A stretch of DNA of 64,000 nucleotides from a virus: the IMG/VR virus record IMGVR_UViG_3300013119_001061. The stretch is one strand, 5' to 3'. Position numbers and translations under genes: made by a program. Positions within the stretch are counted from its first letter, which is position 1. Each line of letters starts with the position of its first letter. Under the pieces are notes generated by a model. That model ran no database searches. It was given only the letters and a program-made list of their open reading frames with translations, and was not told where the DNA came from. Positions 30,090 through 39,608 of the stretch are shown piece by piece.

Positions 30090-30656
30090 ATGACATCATT
30101 TTTGTATGAAAGATATATTTCTTTGAGATCTGATGTAAAATCACCAGGTAGCTACGGTGCGGTCTCATCAAGAGCTAAAACCAAACCATCAGTTGGAACA
30201 ACACTTTCAAAAGCCCCCGGTTTTCCATATGACGAACCTGCAAAAGAAATCAATGATGAAGATGGTGAAGATATTTCTCTAAAACTAAAGAAAAAGATCA
30301 ATATTAAAATAGGCGGCCCTGCTCACAAAAATGATCCATTTTCTAGTAACTGGGTCGACCGCGGTGCATTTGTTAATTGGGCAACGCGCCTTGATTTGTA
30401 CGAACAAAATAAAAAAGTAAAATTAAATGATATTGTAAAAGGGCTCAGTGGTAATACATCGCTAGGTGGCACCAGTAAGTTTTCTGCAATGGGTAATGGA
30501 GCAGGAATTTACAAAACAAGGAGCGGCAAAACGATCGGAATGAATATTGGCGGAAAAGCTCAAACTTTTGCCTCAAAAAAAACCAACAAAAGAATACCAC
30601 CCTCCTTGGTGGATTTTATAAAACTATATGCAGAAGAAGATGGTAAAGAAATTTAA
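30090..30656 (+). CDS. hypothetical protein
   Basis: 188-aa ORF in the operon. Confidence 0.5.
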   Translation: MTSFLYERYISLRSDVKSPGSYGAVSSRAKTKPSVGTTLSKAPGFPYDEPAKEINDEDGEDISLKLKKKINIKIGGPAHKNDPFSSNWVDRGAFVNWATRLDLYEQNKKVKLNDIVKGLSGNTSLGGTSKFSAMGNGAGIYKTRSGKTIGMNIGGKAQTFASKKTNKRIPPSLVDFIKLYAEEDGKEI

Positions 30657-30867
30657 TAAAAAAAGAGATTTTGAATATGGGGCTGTTGTTCGCGCAAAAC
30701 ATGGTGAACATCCCGATAAATTAGTAGCAAGATTTAAGAGAATGTGTAAAAACTCTGGCTTGCAAAAAGAGATAAGAGAAAGATATCTTTCGAGGTTTGT
30801 TTCCAAGTCAGAAATCAAAAGAAGAAAAAAGAATCTTGCAAAAAGAAGAATACTTAAAGATTCTTAA
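30628..30867 (+). CDS. rpsU: phage-encoded ribosomal protein bS21 homolog
   Basis: VVR...GEHPDKLVARFKRMCKNSGLQKEIRER...FVSKSEIKRRKKNLAKRR matches the bS21 pattern (E..D..+RFKR...G...E+R.R...K.SE.+RR); start may be 30640. Confidence 0.8.
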   Translation: MQKKMVKKFNKKRDFEYGAVVRAKHGEHPDKLVARFKRMCKNSGLQKEIRERYLSRFVSKSEIKRRKKNLAKRRILKDS

Positions 30868-30889
30868 AGGGACTTTTTCTTTGAATAAT

Positions 30890-30897
30890 CATATTTA
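30890..30897 (+). promoter_or_regulatory. putative late promoter (CATATTTA)
   Basis: Intergenic motif before the scaffold-MCP genes. Confidence 0.65.
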
Positions 30898-30920
30898 ACA
30901 GTGTGGATAGGTGGAATTTT

Positions 30921-32366
30921 ATGTCAAGTAATCTTTATGAACAAGCCATTGCCGATGCAAAACAGCTCCGTGAAATTGCGGAGCAAAATGCAAAAAATGC
31001 AATTATTGAGTCTATAACTCCTCAAATTAGAGAGTTAATAGAATCGCAAATCCTGGGTGAGGACTTAGAAGACGATAATTCTATTATTGAAGATTCTATG
31101 CCCAAGACAGACAATGATGCTAGCCAAGAATTTGATCTTACACCTGAGTCTGTTGAAGAACTTAAGCATCTTCTTGAAGAAAAGCAGGATATAGATAATG
31201 ACAGTAGTAACGAGATAGACGATTCAAATATTAGCGAAGCTGAAACTAAAGAGTCTAAAATTTTATTTACTGCAAATAAAGTCAAAGAATGTAACGAATA
31301 TATTGATGCATTAAATGAAATGCTTGGAAATATACGAACAATTAATCCGGCTAGCTTAGATGAAAAAGAACTACAGAAATATATTGCGCTTGTTGCTATT
31401 TCCGACAAGGCAGTAAACAAACTAACAGAAGAAATGGAGACTACAGATAGCATGGATATATTCGAGCATGCTATTAAAAGTTCACAAGATCAAATCACAG
31501 ATTTTAAAAAGGAGATTAAAGAAATGAAGAGATCACTTAAAGACCTCCTATCTGAGGAAGTTATAACTATCGAATTAGACCTCGGAGATGTTGACGCACC
31601 TGAGGATGTTGAAGTTAGACTTCCAGAGGTAGAAGAGGAAGCAGAAGAGGGAGATGAAGAGCTCTCTGATGAAGAATCAGATGATCTTGAAGTTTCTGAC
31701 GAGGAAGAGGTCGAGGAAGAGGAGCTAGAAGAGGAAGAGGAACTTGACCTCGACGCACTAGTTATGGAACTCGACGAGGAGGAAGCAGAAGATGTTCTTG
31801 AAGAAGAGGAAGATCTTGAGGCAGTCGCGGCCCTCGACGAAGAGGAAGAAGAAGATATGATGGAGTCACTAAGTGATGACACAGTTCTTGAAATTGACGA
31901 GAACATGCTGCGCGAAGAGCTAGCTAATCTTATGAATACTTCCGAAGATACCGAAACTAATATTAATGAAGAAACTGACACAACAATGCCCGTCGCCGAT
32001 GAGCAAAATGACGCATTACGTGAAAAGCTAGACAAGTATGAAGAGGCAGTAACAGAGCTTAAAGCTCAACTTGCTGAAATGAACTTGTTTAATGCGAAGC
32101 TGCTCTACACCAATAAGCTGCTAATGAATAGTGAACTAAACCAAGGCCAGCGTGCCCAGGCGATAGAGACACTCGACGATGCTGCAAGCTTGCGAGAGGT
32201 AAAGCTTCTATTTAAGACTCTTACAGAGTCATTTAGTAGACGCGCTGAGGATAAAACTTCCTCTCGCAATATCGGCGGCGCAAGTCGTCCAACCAAGTCT
32301 GCATCAATGAACCTTAACGAATCCAAAGAAGCTGGACGTTGGGCATTGCTCGCAGGCATAAAGTAA
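30921..32366 (+). CDS. prohead core/scaffolding protein
   Basis: LYEQAIADAKQLRE; very acidic middle; NLFNAKLLYTNKL; C-terminal RWALLAGIK; directly upstream of MCP; ATG 30921 after AGGTGG. Confidence 0.8.
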   Translation: MSSNLYEQAIADAKQLREIAEQNAKNAIIESITPQIRELIESQILGEDLEDDNSIIEDSMPKTDNDASQEFDLTPESVEELKHLLEEKQDIDNDSSNEIDDSNISEAETKESKILFTANKVKECNEYIDALNEMLGNIRTINPASLDEKELQKYIALVAISDKAVNKLTEEMETTDSMDIFEHAIKSSQDQITDFKKEIKEMKRSLKDLLSEEVITIELDLGDVDAPEDVEVRLPEVEEEAEEGDEELSDEESDDLEVSDEEEVEEEELEEEEELDLDALVMELDEEEAEDVLEEEEDLEAVAALDEEEEEDMMESLSDDTVLEIDENMLREELANLMNTSEDTETNINEETDTTMPVADEQNDALREKLDKYEEAVTELKAQLAEMNLFNAKLLYTNKLLMNSELNQGQRAQAIETLDDAASLREVKLLFKTLTESFSRRAEDKTSSRNIGGASRPTKSASMNLNESKEAGRWALLAGIK

Positions 32367-32396
32367 AGAAAACTTTAAAACTATAAGGAGACAAAA

Positions 32397-34352
32397 ATGT
32401 CTAAGTTTTCACTAGACGTGCTAGCAGAAGGAATTCGCTCACGTCATATGGGTGAGGAAAATTCCCGATTGGTCGAGAAGTGGTCACGCACAGGACTCCT
32501 ACGTGGGCTGGAAGCAACAAAGCGAGAGAACATGGCTCGCTTGCTTGAGAACCAGACTGCAGAGCTACTAAGAGAGCAAAGCTCTGTTGGTACAGGTGGC
32601 GGTGCAGGATCAGCTTCAGGTGATCTTCGCGGTTTTTCTAACATCGCATTCCCAATCGTTCGTCGTGTATTCGGTGGACTAGTCGCAAACGAGCTGGTAT
32701 CAATCCAGCCAATGAGCCTTCCTTCTGGACTGCTCTTCTATCTTGATTATACCTACGGTTCAAACGTCGGTGGTGACTCTTCACTTTCAACAGGTGATGC
32801 AGGATCAACCAATGACGCTCAAACATTTAAGCGTGGACAATCAATTTATAACAACCCAACAGGTAAGGGTGTACGTTCAGGATCTACAGCCGCCGGCGGA
32901 CAATATGACTTGGTAGGTGCTTCCTACTCTAAGGTCCACAGTTCTTCAGCAGTTGCTCCTGCACTTGTTCTTTTCTCTGGATCATTCGGATCAAATGCTT
33001 CACTAACTGATGCAACAACTGCAGCACCTGCTCTTTGTCACGCAACAGGTTCAGATGCCAAGCTTCTACAGTTTGACCCGCAGGTTCTTTCAAAGATCGA
33101 GGGTGATGCAGCGGGCATTAACGACGGACGTTTCCAGTTTGTTGTTCTTGATATTACAAACAGCATTTGGGACAAAGCTGACCTTACTAACGTAAAGGAT
33201 ATTTCACTATTCTCTGCTCAGCGCGATGGTCACGGCTCCGGCAAGACCGGTCTCAAGTCATTCGGTGACGAGTGGCAGGGCGGCGGAAACATCCTCAACC
33301 TTCGTCGTTTGAACCAGATTGGTACATTCGATAACTCTAACAACACATGGACATCTAATCCGCTTGTAACAACTTCAACTACTAATGCAGCATTGCTAGT
33401 CGTCGTTTCAGGTGCATATCAAGGTGGTAGCGCAGCCGGCGCAGCAAATAACTTCTTGACAATGTCATGTGCAGTTGGTGACTCTTTAGATGTAGAGAGC
33501 GGTTCTGGTTCAACCCTTACCATTCCTTCATTTGAGTCTGACTTCGGTTCAACTCCTTCCCCAGTCATCCCAGAGATCGACATCAAGGTTGAGTCAATCG
33601 CAGTTACAGCCGCAACACGTAAGCTACGTGCTCGCTGGTCACCAGAGCTCGCACAGGATCTTAACGCTTATCACTCACTCGATGCTGAGGTTGAGCTAAC
33701 ACAGATCCTCTCTGAGCAGGTTGCCCTAGAGATTGACCGTGAGATTCTAAACGACCTCCTTACAGAGGCTCGTGGTGCAAACCTCTACTGGTCACGTGCT
33801 CCAGGTAAGTTCCTCAACAAGGAAACAGGCCTTGAAGTTAAGCTTAGCGATTCACTCGCAGCAGGCCCACGCTTCACAGGTACAGTTCGCGAATGGTATG
33901 AGACTCTCTCTGAGACAATCATCGACGTTGCAAACACCATCCACCGCAAGACACTCCGTGGTTCTGCTAACTTCATCGTAACATCACCTGATGTCTGCAC
34001 AATGCTTGAGGCTTCTGTTCTCTATCGTGCATCAATCAGCCTTGATGGCGACGGTCAGGTTAAGACACCATTTAGTCTTGGCGCTGAGAAGGTCGGTACA
34101 TTGAGCAACCGCTTCACAGTCTACAAGGACCCCTACTTCCCACGCAACAAGATTCTTGTTGGCTATAAGGGCGGCAGCTACCTTGAGACTGGCTACGTAT
34201 ATGCTCCTTACGTACCTCTCATCGTTACTCCTACAATCTTCGCACCAGAGGATTTCACCCCGCGCAAGGGTGTTATGACTCGCTACGGTAAGAAAATGGT
34301 TCGAGCTGACTTCTACGGAACGGTGACGGTTGCAGATCTAAACGTAATCTAA
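32397..34352 (+). CDS. major capsid protein (T4 gp23-like)
   Basis: LVEKW..GLL, LLENQ, PIVRRVF, VSIQPM..PSGLLFYL, TRKLRARWSPELAQDLNAYHSLDAEVEL, YAPYVPL, KGVMTRYG. Confidence 0.97.
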   Translation: MSKFSLDVLAEGIRSRHMGEENSRLVEKWSRTGLLRGLEATKRENMARLLENQTAELLREQSSVGTGGGAGSASGDLRGFSNIAFPIVRRVFGGLVANELVSIQPMSLPSGLLFYLDYTYGSNVGGDSSLSTGDAGSTNDAQTFKRGQSIYNNPTGKGVRSGSTAAGGQYDLVGASYSKVHSSSAVAPALVLFSGSFGSNASLTDATTAAPALCHATGSDAKLLQFDPQVLSKIEGDAAGINDGRFQFVVLDITNSIWDKADLTNVKDISLFSAQRDGHGSGKTGLKSFGDEWQGGGNILNLRRLNQIGTFDNSNNTWTSNPLVTTSTTNAALLVVVSGAYQGGSAAGAANNFLTMSCAVGDSLDVESGSGSTLTIPSFESDFGSTPSPVIPEIDIKVESIAVTAATRKLRARWSPELAQDLNAYHSLDAEVELTQILSEQVALEIDREILNDLLTEARGANLYWSRAPGKFLNKETGLEVKLSDSLAAGPRFTGTVREWYETLSETIIDVANTIHRKTLRGSANFIVTSPDVCTMLEASVLYRASISLDGDGQVKTPFSLGAEKVGTLSNRFTVYKDPYFPRNKILVGYKGGSYLETGYVYAPYVPLIVTPTIFAPEDFTPRKGVMTRYGKKMVRADFYGTVTVADLNVI

Positions 34353-34388
34353 GATTATTAAGATCTAAAACGGTTTCAAAACCTTGGG

Positions 34389-34419
34389 AAAGGGACCTCT
34401 TCGGGGTCCCTTTTCTTTT
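34389..34419 (+). terminator. Rho-independent terminator after MCP
   Basis: AAAGGGACCTC-TTC-GGGGTCCCTTTT followed by a T-rich tail. Confidence 0.9.
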
Positions 34420-34462
34420 GTTTGTTCCTATACCACTAGCCCGTTAAAGGGTATAATGATAC

Positions 34463-35875
34463 ATGATATGTCAAATATGTAGTCACGAAGCCGAAGGCAA
34501 AAAGTTTTCCAATCATGTTCGAAAAGAGCATAAGATGAATTCTAGACAATACACAATCAATTATTTCTACAATGGATCTCAACCTCAATGCGAAAATTGC
34601 GGAGAAGAAACCAGATACGTAGCTTATAGATTCAAAAGATTCTGCAAGAACTGTTCAAAAGTTGCCTCGTCAATCGCCGGAAAAGAAGGCGGAAAAGCCC
34701 AGGCGTGGAACAAAGGAAAGACAAAAGAAACAGATAGTAGAATACAAGAACAATCCGTCAAAATGTCTGGCAAAGGTAATCCATTCTTTGGAAAAAGACA
34801 CACAGATGAATCAATAAATAAAATGCGATTCACAAAGATTGTTTCACGGTTTGAGTTTGAGAACAGAATAAAAGATAGAGAAGAAGAATTTGAGCTACTA
34901 ACAAGCTATGATGACTATTTCTCTCGTCAAAGTCAGTATTTAGAATTTAAATGCAAGAAATGCAACGAAGTATCCAAAAAAACATTACAAGCATTTGAAA
35001 GAGGATCACTCTGCCCGGCTTGTAATCCGGTAGGAACCTCGCAAGCTGAAAAAGAAATTGGTAAATTCATAGAATCACTCGGAGAAAATGTAGAATACAA
35101 TGACCGATCTGTTCTTTCACCAAAAGAAATTGACGTATTTGTCCCATCCAAAAATCTTGCCATTGAGCACAACGGTCTATACTTTCACGGAATTCTAAAC
35201 GATGGAATCAAAAATAGAAGATACTATCTAAATAAAAAGCTTGACGCCAAGAAAAAAGGAATAAACTTAATTCATATTTTCAGCGATGAGTGGATTCATA
35301 AAAAAGAAATTTGCAAGTCAATGATTAAAAATCGATTAGGCTTAATTGATCAAAAGATATTTGCAAGAAAATGTGAAATCAGAGAAGTAAAAGTAAAAGA
35401 AGCTAAAGAGTTCTTCGAAAGAAATCACATTTCTGGGTATGTTCCGTCAACAATAAGATTCGGATTATTTTATAGAAGTGAACTGGTTCTCTGTCTGTCA
35501 CTGAGACGCCCTCGACACGGGAAGTATAAAGGTATGACAGAGATCTCCAGATTTGCGTCTAAGATCAATACAAACGTGACAGGTGGGTTAACTAGGCTTC
35601 TTAAGAAAGCATCAATCTGGGCCAAGTCTGAGAACTACACAGGTATTGTAACTTATGCCGACCTAAGATTTGGAAATGGCGACGGATATCTCACCGCCGG
35701 ATTTGAGTTCAAAAAAGATACCGGCCCTGATTATTGGTACACAGACGGAAAAGTTCGATATGACAGGTTCCAGTTTAGGGCAAAAAATGGCAAGTCTGAA
35801 AAAGAAATAGCCAAAGAAAGAAAAGTCTTTAAAATAAATGGTTGTGGAAGTAATATTTTTACTTTGATTCTATAG
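34463..35875 (+). CDS. Hef-like homing endonuclease (Zn fingers + NUMOD3 + PD-(D/E)xK + GNAT-like)
   Basis: C2H2/CxxC fingers; GNPFFGKRHTDES NUMOD3; EIDVFVPSKNLAIEHNGLYFH...IHIFSDEW; ARKCEIREV...EISRFAS...TYADLRF; TATAAT 5 nt before ATG. Confidence 0.75.
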   Translation: MICQICSHEAEGKKFSNHVRKEHKMNSRQYTINYFYNGSQPQCENCGEETRYVAYRFKRFCKNCSKVASSIAGKEGGKAQAWNKGKTKETDSRIQEQSVKMSGKGNPFFGKRHTDESINKMRFTKIVSRFEFENRIKDREEEFELLTSYDDYFSRQSQYLEFKCKKCNEVSKKTLQAFERGSLCPACNPVGTSQAEKEIGKFIESLGENVEYNDRSVLSPKEIDVFVPSKNLAIEHNGLYFHGILNDGIKNRRYYLNKKLDAKKKGINLIHIFSDEWIHKKEICKSMIKNRLGLIDQKIFARKCEIREVKVKEAKEFFERNHISGYVPSTIRFGLFYRSELVLCLSLRRPRHGKYKGMTEISRFASKINTNVTGGLTRLLKKASIWAKSENYTGIVTYADLRFGNGDGYLTAGFEFKKDTGPDYWYTDGKVRYDRFQFRAKNGKSEKEIAKERKVFKINGCGSNIFTLIL

Positions 35876-35878
35876 TTA
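35871..35878 (+). promoter_or_regulatory. putative late promoter (TATAGTTA)
   Basis: YATAnTTA overlapping the endonuclease stop codon, upstream of 35957. Confidence 0.55.
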
Positions 35879-35956
35879 GTGATAGGCCCGGTGCATAGCA
35901 TATAGGTGACCCTGCCACCGCATCGGAATCATGCAGACAAAAAAAGGAGAATAATT

Positions 35957-36343
35957 ATGCCAAAGGTAACATATACGGCCGCCAAAGGTCTCGTTCAAGA
36001 ATCCGGATCTGGATTCGCAAATGGCTTTTATGTAAAGCCCGGTTCAACAACAAAAGCCGCAGCAACGCTACCTGTCCCACTAACTCATGCGGTTTGTGCA
36101 ATGACAACAAGCGGCGCCGAAGCCCTTACTCTTGCAAACGGAACACCCGGGCAGGTAATTCATATTCATCTTGCATCAGACGGCGGAGACGGAACACTCA
36201 CACCGACCACTGCGTCTGGCTGGGCAACTATTGTTTTTGCCGATGCAGGCGATAGAGCAACATTGCAATTCGTTGACGGCTCCATTGGCTGGATAATCCT
36301 AGGCCTATCAGGAGTAGCAGGTCCTCCCGTAACAACAGTATAA
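35957..36343 (+). CDS. small virion protein, possible head decoration protein
   Basis: AAGGAG SD then ATG 35957 (MPKVTYTAAKGLVQ); Gly/Ala/Thr-rich; has its own promoter and terminator near MCP. Confidence 0.55.
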   Translation: MPKVTYTAAKGLVQESGSGFANGFYVKPGSTTKAAATLPVPLTHAVCAMTTSGAEALTLANGTPGQVIHIHLASDGGDGTLTPTTASGWATIVFADAGDRATLQFVDGSIGWIILGLSGVAGPPVTTV

Positions 36344-36373
36344 TTCAAATAAGCTTATTTAGTTTTATTGCAG

Positions 36374-36403
36374 AAGAGGTGCCTCAATCGGGGCACCTTT
36401 TTT
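36374..36403 (+). terminator. Rho-independent terminator
   Basis: AGGTGCCTC-AATC-GGGGCACCT followed by TTTTT. Confidence 0.9.
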
Positions 36404-36443
36404 GTATTCATTTCTTTCTTATGGGACTCAACTTCTACTTCTT

Positions 36444-36451
36444 TATATTTA
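36444..36451 (+). promoter_or_regulatory. putative late promoter (TATATTTA)
   Basis: Intergenic motif before the neck genes. Confidence 0.65.
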
Positions 36452-36472
36452 CTATTGTAGAGTTTCTGGAGA

Positions 36473-37651
36473 GTGTCTGTGACAACATTTGCTAATACAA
36501 CTAATCCCACGCCTTTTGGTGCGTTTGATACCGATACAGACTTTCAATCTGACGCTGATAAGCTAGTTACTTTTGTCAAGAGAAAGCTCGGCGACGATAT
36601 CCTGTCAGTTGAATTAACAAAAAAACAAATTTTTGCATGCTTTGAAGAGTCGTTTTTTCAATATGGACAAATTGTAAATGAATACCAAGCTAGATCACAA
36701 TTATCAACATTTTTGGGAACTGCCACCGGAAGCATGTCAGGATCTGAGCAAAAGTTTCCAAGAGAGACATTACAGTTTTTAGAAAGACAAGCAGAACCCT
36801 ATTCTTTTGAAGCGGGCATTGGAGGCTCTTATAACACAACCTCCGGATCAATACAGCTTGTTAGCGGTCAACAAGACTATAATATCTACAAAGAGCTTAA
36901 AGATGAAAGCGGAAATTTACTTTATTCTTCATCGCTAAATACACAAACATCTAAAATGAAATTACAGGAAGTATTTCACTTTAATCCGCAGGCTGCATAC
37001 AGGTTCTTTGACACAACGTCAGCAATCAACTATCTCAATAATGAGTTTAGTTTTGAATCATTTACACCCGAGACAATGTTTTATGTGCTCCCAGTATTTG
37101 AGGATATCCTCCGCGCCGGCCAGATGGATATCTCCCATCGTGTTAGAAGATCTAACTATTCATATAAGATAATGGGGCAGAATATAAGGGTGTTTCCAAC
37201 GCCTACGGGAAATCAATCTAATAAAAAGCTCTGGATAAGAGTTGCATTTGCTCCAGATCCGCTCAATCCATCATATGGAGACAATACAATTTACGGCGTT
37301 TCTAATCTTTCTAATATCCCGTTTGGCGACTTGACATATGCAAACGTCAACAGCATGGGAAGACAATGGGTAAGACAGTATACATTATCACTAAGCAAAG
37401 AGCTGCTTGGTCTAGTAAGGTCTAAATTTAAAACTATTCCTATACCCAATACAGATATATCGCTAGACGGTGACAACTTAGTATCACAAGGAAGAGAAGA
37501 CAAGAAAGAGCTTGTAGCCCAACTTAAGGAAATGTTAGACTCTATGACATACGATAAGATCATAGAAGTAAATGCGACAAAATCTGAAAATATTCAAAAG
37601 CACTTAAAGACCATACCCGTTCCTAACGGTCGTGCAATTACAATGGGATAG
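36473..37651 (+). CDS. neck/head-tail adaptor protein (T4 gp13-like)
   Basis: RKLG..ILSVELTKKQI; WVRQYTLSLSKELLGLVRSKF...LDG; GTG start after GGAG. Confidence 0.8.
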   Translation: MSVTTFANTTNPTPFGAFDTDTDFQSDADKLVTFVKRKLGDDILSVELTKKQIFACFEESFFQYGQIVNEYQARSQLSTFLGTATGSMSGSEQKFPRETLQFLERQAEPYSFEAGIGGSYNTTSGSIQLVSGQQDYNIYKELKDESGNLLYSSSLNTQTSKMKLQEVFHFNPQAAYRFFDTTSAINYLNNEFSFESFTPETMFYVLPVFEDILRAGQMDISHRVRRSNYSYKIMGQNIRVFPTPTGNQSNKKLWIRVAFAPDPLNPSYGDNTIYGVSNLSNIPFGDLTYANVNSMGRQWVRQYTLSLSKELLGLVRSKFKTIPIPNTDISLDGDNLVSQGREDKKELVAQLKEMLDSMTYDKIIEVNATKSENIQKHLKTIPVPNGRAITMG

Positions 37652-37661
37652 GAGAAAATAA

Positions 37662-38324
37662 ATGGCGAGACTTTTTGTAACTCCTAGAGAAATCAATTTA
37701 ATTAATGACCTCACTAAAGAAATAATAAAAGATGTCGTAGGGCAGAAAATTTATTATTACTCAATCTCAGAGGCAAAAACAAAAATTAATGAGCTTTATG
37801 ATGAGTCACCTGAGAAGTTCTTTGAATCTCCCGTTGAAATTGAGTGCTTAGTTGACTATCAAGAGCCCACATTTACCACAAATAAATACGGAATTGAGAA
37901 AACACAAAATATCGAAGTCTTTATTCAATCAAAAGATCTCTCAGATAAACAAATAGAAGTAGACGCAGGTGACTTTTTTACCTACGGATCTGTTATTTTT
38001 GAAATAACATCTGTGACAGTAACAAAAAATATCTTTGGTCAGATTGAGCACAACGACGGAATTAAACTAATTGGTAAACAAAGCCGTAAACAGGTTTTCT
38101 TTACCAAAGTTTTGGGTCCAACAGATTCACAATACTCAGATCCTGATGCAGTACAAGATACATTTGTCCAGCAAAGAGGATTTAAGACAAATCAGCTTGG
38201 TGAAACGGGTGATGTCAGAGAGTTACAAAAAAATGGTGTTCTTGATAAGCCGATATCTAAACCTAAGGAAGTTTCTAAAAAAGGTGAGCCTGGAAAAAGC
38301 GGTTCTTCTTTTTATGATGAATAA
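37662..38324 (+). CDS. head closure/neck protein (gp14-like)
   Basis: GQKIYYY...LYDES..K; GDFF..G...FEI; position after gp13. Confidence 0.65.
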   Translation: MARLFVTPREINLINDLTKEIIKDVVGQKIYYYSISEAKTKINELYDESPEKFFESPVEIECLVDYQEPTFTTNKYGIEKTQNIEVFIQSKDLSDKQIEVDAGDFFTYGSVIFEITSVTVTKNIFGQIEHNDGIKLIGKQSRKQVFFTKVLGPTDSQYSDPDAVQDTFVQQRGFKTNQLGETGDVRELQKNGVLDKPISKPKEVSKKGEPGKSGSSFYDE

Positions 38325-38329
38325 ATAAA

Positions 38330-39541
38330 ATGACAACTCGACAATCTATCAATGATCCATCAAAAAATCCAACTTCTAAGCAAGAACGATTACCCTCTGG
38401 TCTAGAAGGACAAAATATTCCTGATGACTTCTATCTTCCTCCATGCGGGCTGGAGGATATCGATAAAGCATTGTTTGATTTGTTTGACAAAGAAATACAG
38501 TTTTCAATTTCTCAAAAAAGTGAATCTCGGAAGGTGCCTGTTGTATTTGCTACGGGAGAAAGATTTGCGCTAATTAAAAGAAAGAAACCATTAAAAGATG
38601 AAAACGGCGCACTTATTTTACCTTTGATTTCAATAAGGCGAACATCAATTGAGCAATCTTCTTCTGTAGAAAAATTAGCTGACGTTGGAGATCTTGTTAT
38701 AAAAAGAAGATTAAGTGCCAGAGATCCAGTTTATCAAAATTTAATTAATCGTCAAGATTTAAGGCACCAAGAAAATGTAAGATCATCTGATAATAATGCA
38801 ACAAGCGCAGATCCAATATCATCAAAGCCAGGAACAGTCAACTCTAGAAGACTTCCAGTACAAACGGCGTCCGGCGGCCCAGTAATTTCTAACAATGCAG
38901 GATCTCATCATATTTATGAAGTAATTACAATTCCTTTCCCACATTTTATCGATGTATCATATGAAATTACATTCTGGACATCATATACGTCGCATATGAA
39001 TCAAATGATTGAAAAGTTTGTAGGTTCGTATACAGGAACAAGAAATCAATTCAAAATTGAATCAGAAAAAGGGTATTGGTTTGTTGCCTACCCAGATGTT
39101 TCAGTTTCAAATCAAGATAATTTTGACGACTTTACTAATGATGAAAGAATCATAAGATATACCTTCAATATGAAAGTTCCCGGGTATATTGTTGCTTCTC
39201 AAAATCCAGGTAATATGAGCCCGTTTAGAAAATTTGTTTCTGCACCTGATATTCATTTTGATATGTTTACGTCCAATGCACCAATAGTTAATCATCCAAG
39301 AGGGCTTCCAGATCCCACAGGAGATCTAAATAAGTTTGTTCTTAGTGACGTAAATGAATTAAACGAGGCGGGAAACGTAGTTGAAAATGATCGATATGTA
39401 TATCTGAAAGCACAAACAAAAGTTAGAAATCCTTTTACTAAAGAGGATAAAATAGAATACTTAAAAGTACTAACTCGCAATCAACGTCAGGGTGAAACTG
39501 TAGTAAGTTCACGTATCATCACAAAGATCGATGAGCTTTAA
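38330..39541 (+). CDS. tail terminator/sheath stabiliser (gp15-like)
   Basis: VPVVFA.GER...LILPLISIRR; VSYEITFWT...MNQMIE; RIIRYTFNMKVPGY; position before the sheath. Confidence 0.65.
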   Translation: MTTRQSINDPSKNPTSKQERLPSGLEGQNIPDDFYLPPCGLEDIDKALFDLFDKEIQFSISQKSESRKVPVVFATGERFALIKRKKPLKDENGALILPLISIRRTSIEQSSSVEKLADVGDLVIKRRLSARDPVYQNLINRQDLRHQENVRSSDNNATSADPISSKPGTVNSRRLPVQTASGGPVISNNAGSHHIYEVITIPFPHFIDVSYEITFWTSYTSHMNQMIEKFVGSYTGTRNQFKIESEKGYWFVAYPDVSVSNQDNFDDFTNDERIIRYTFNMKVPGYIVASQNPGNMSPFRKFVSAPDIHFDMFTSNAPIVNHPRGLPDPTGDLNKFVLSDVNELNEAGNVVENDRYVYLKAQTKVRNPFTKEDKIEYLKVLTRNQRQGETVVSSRIITKIDEL

Positions 39542-39563
39542 TTAGACATTTGGGCTATTTTTG

Positions 39564-39571
39564 CATATTTA
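39564..39571 (+). promoter_or_regulatory. putative late promoter (CATATTTA)
   Basis: Intergenic motif before sheath 1. Confidence 0.7.
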
Positions 39572-39608
39572 TAAGTGACGTTAGTGAGTCCAGTAGGAGA
39601 CTAATCAT

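Noticed and set aside
31490-32035. Minus-strand poly-Ser ORF
   Set aside because: Antisense shadow of the Glu/Asp-rich scaffold codons
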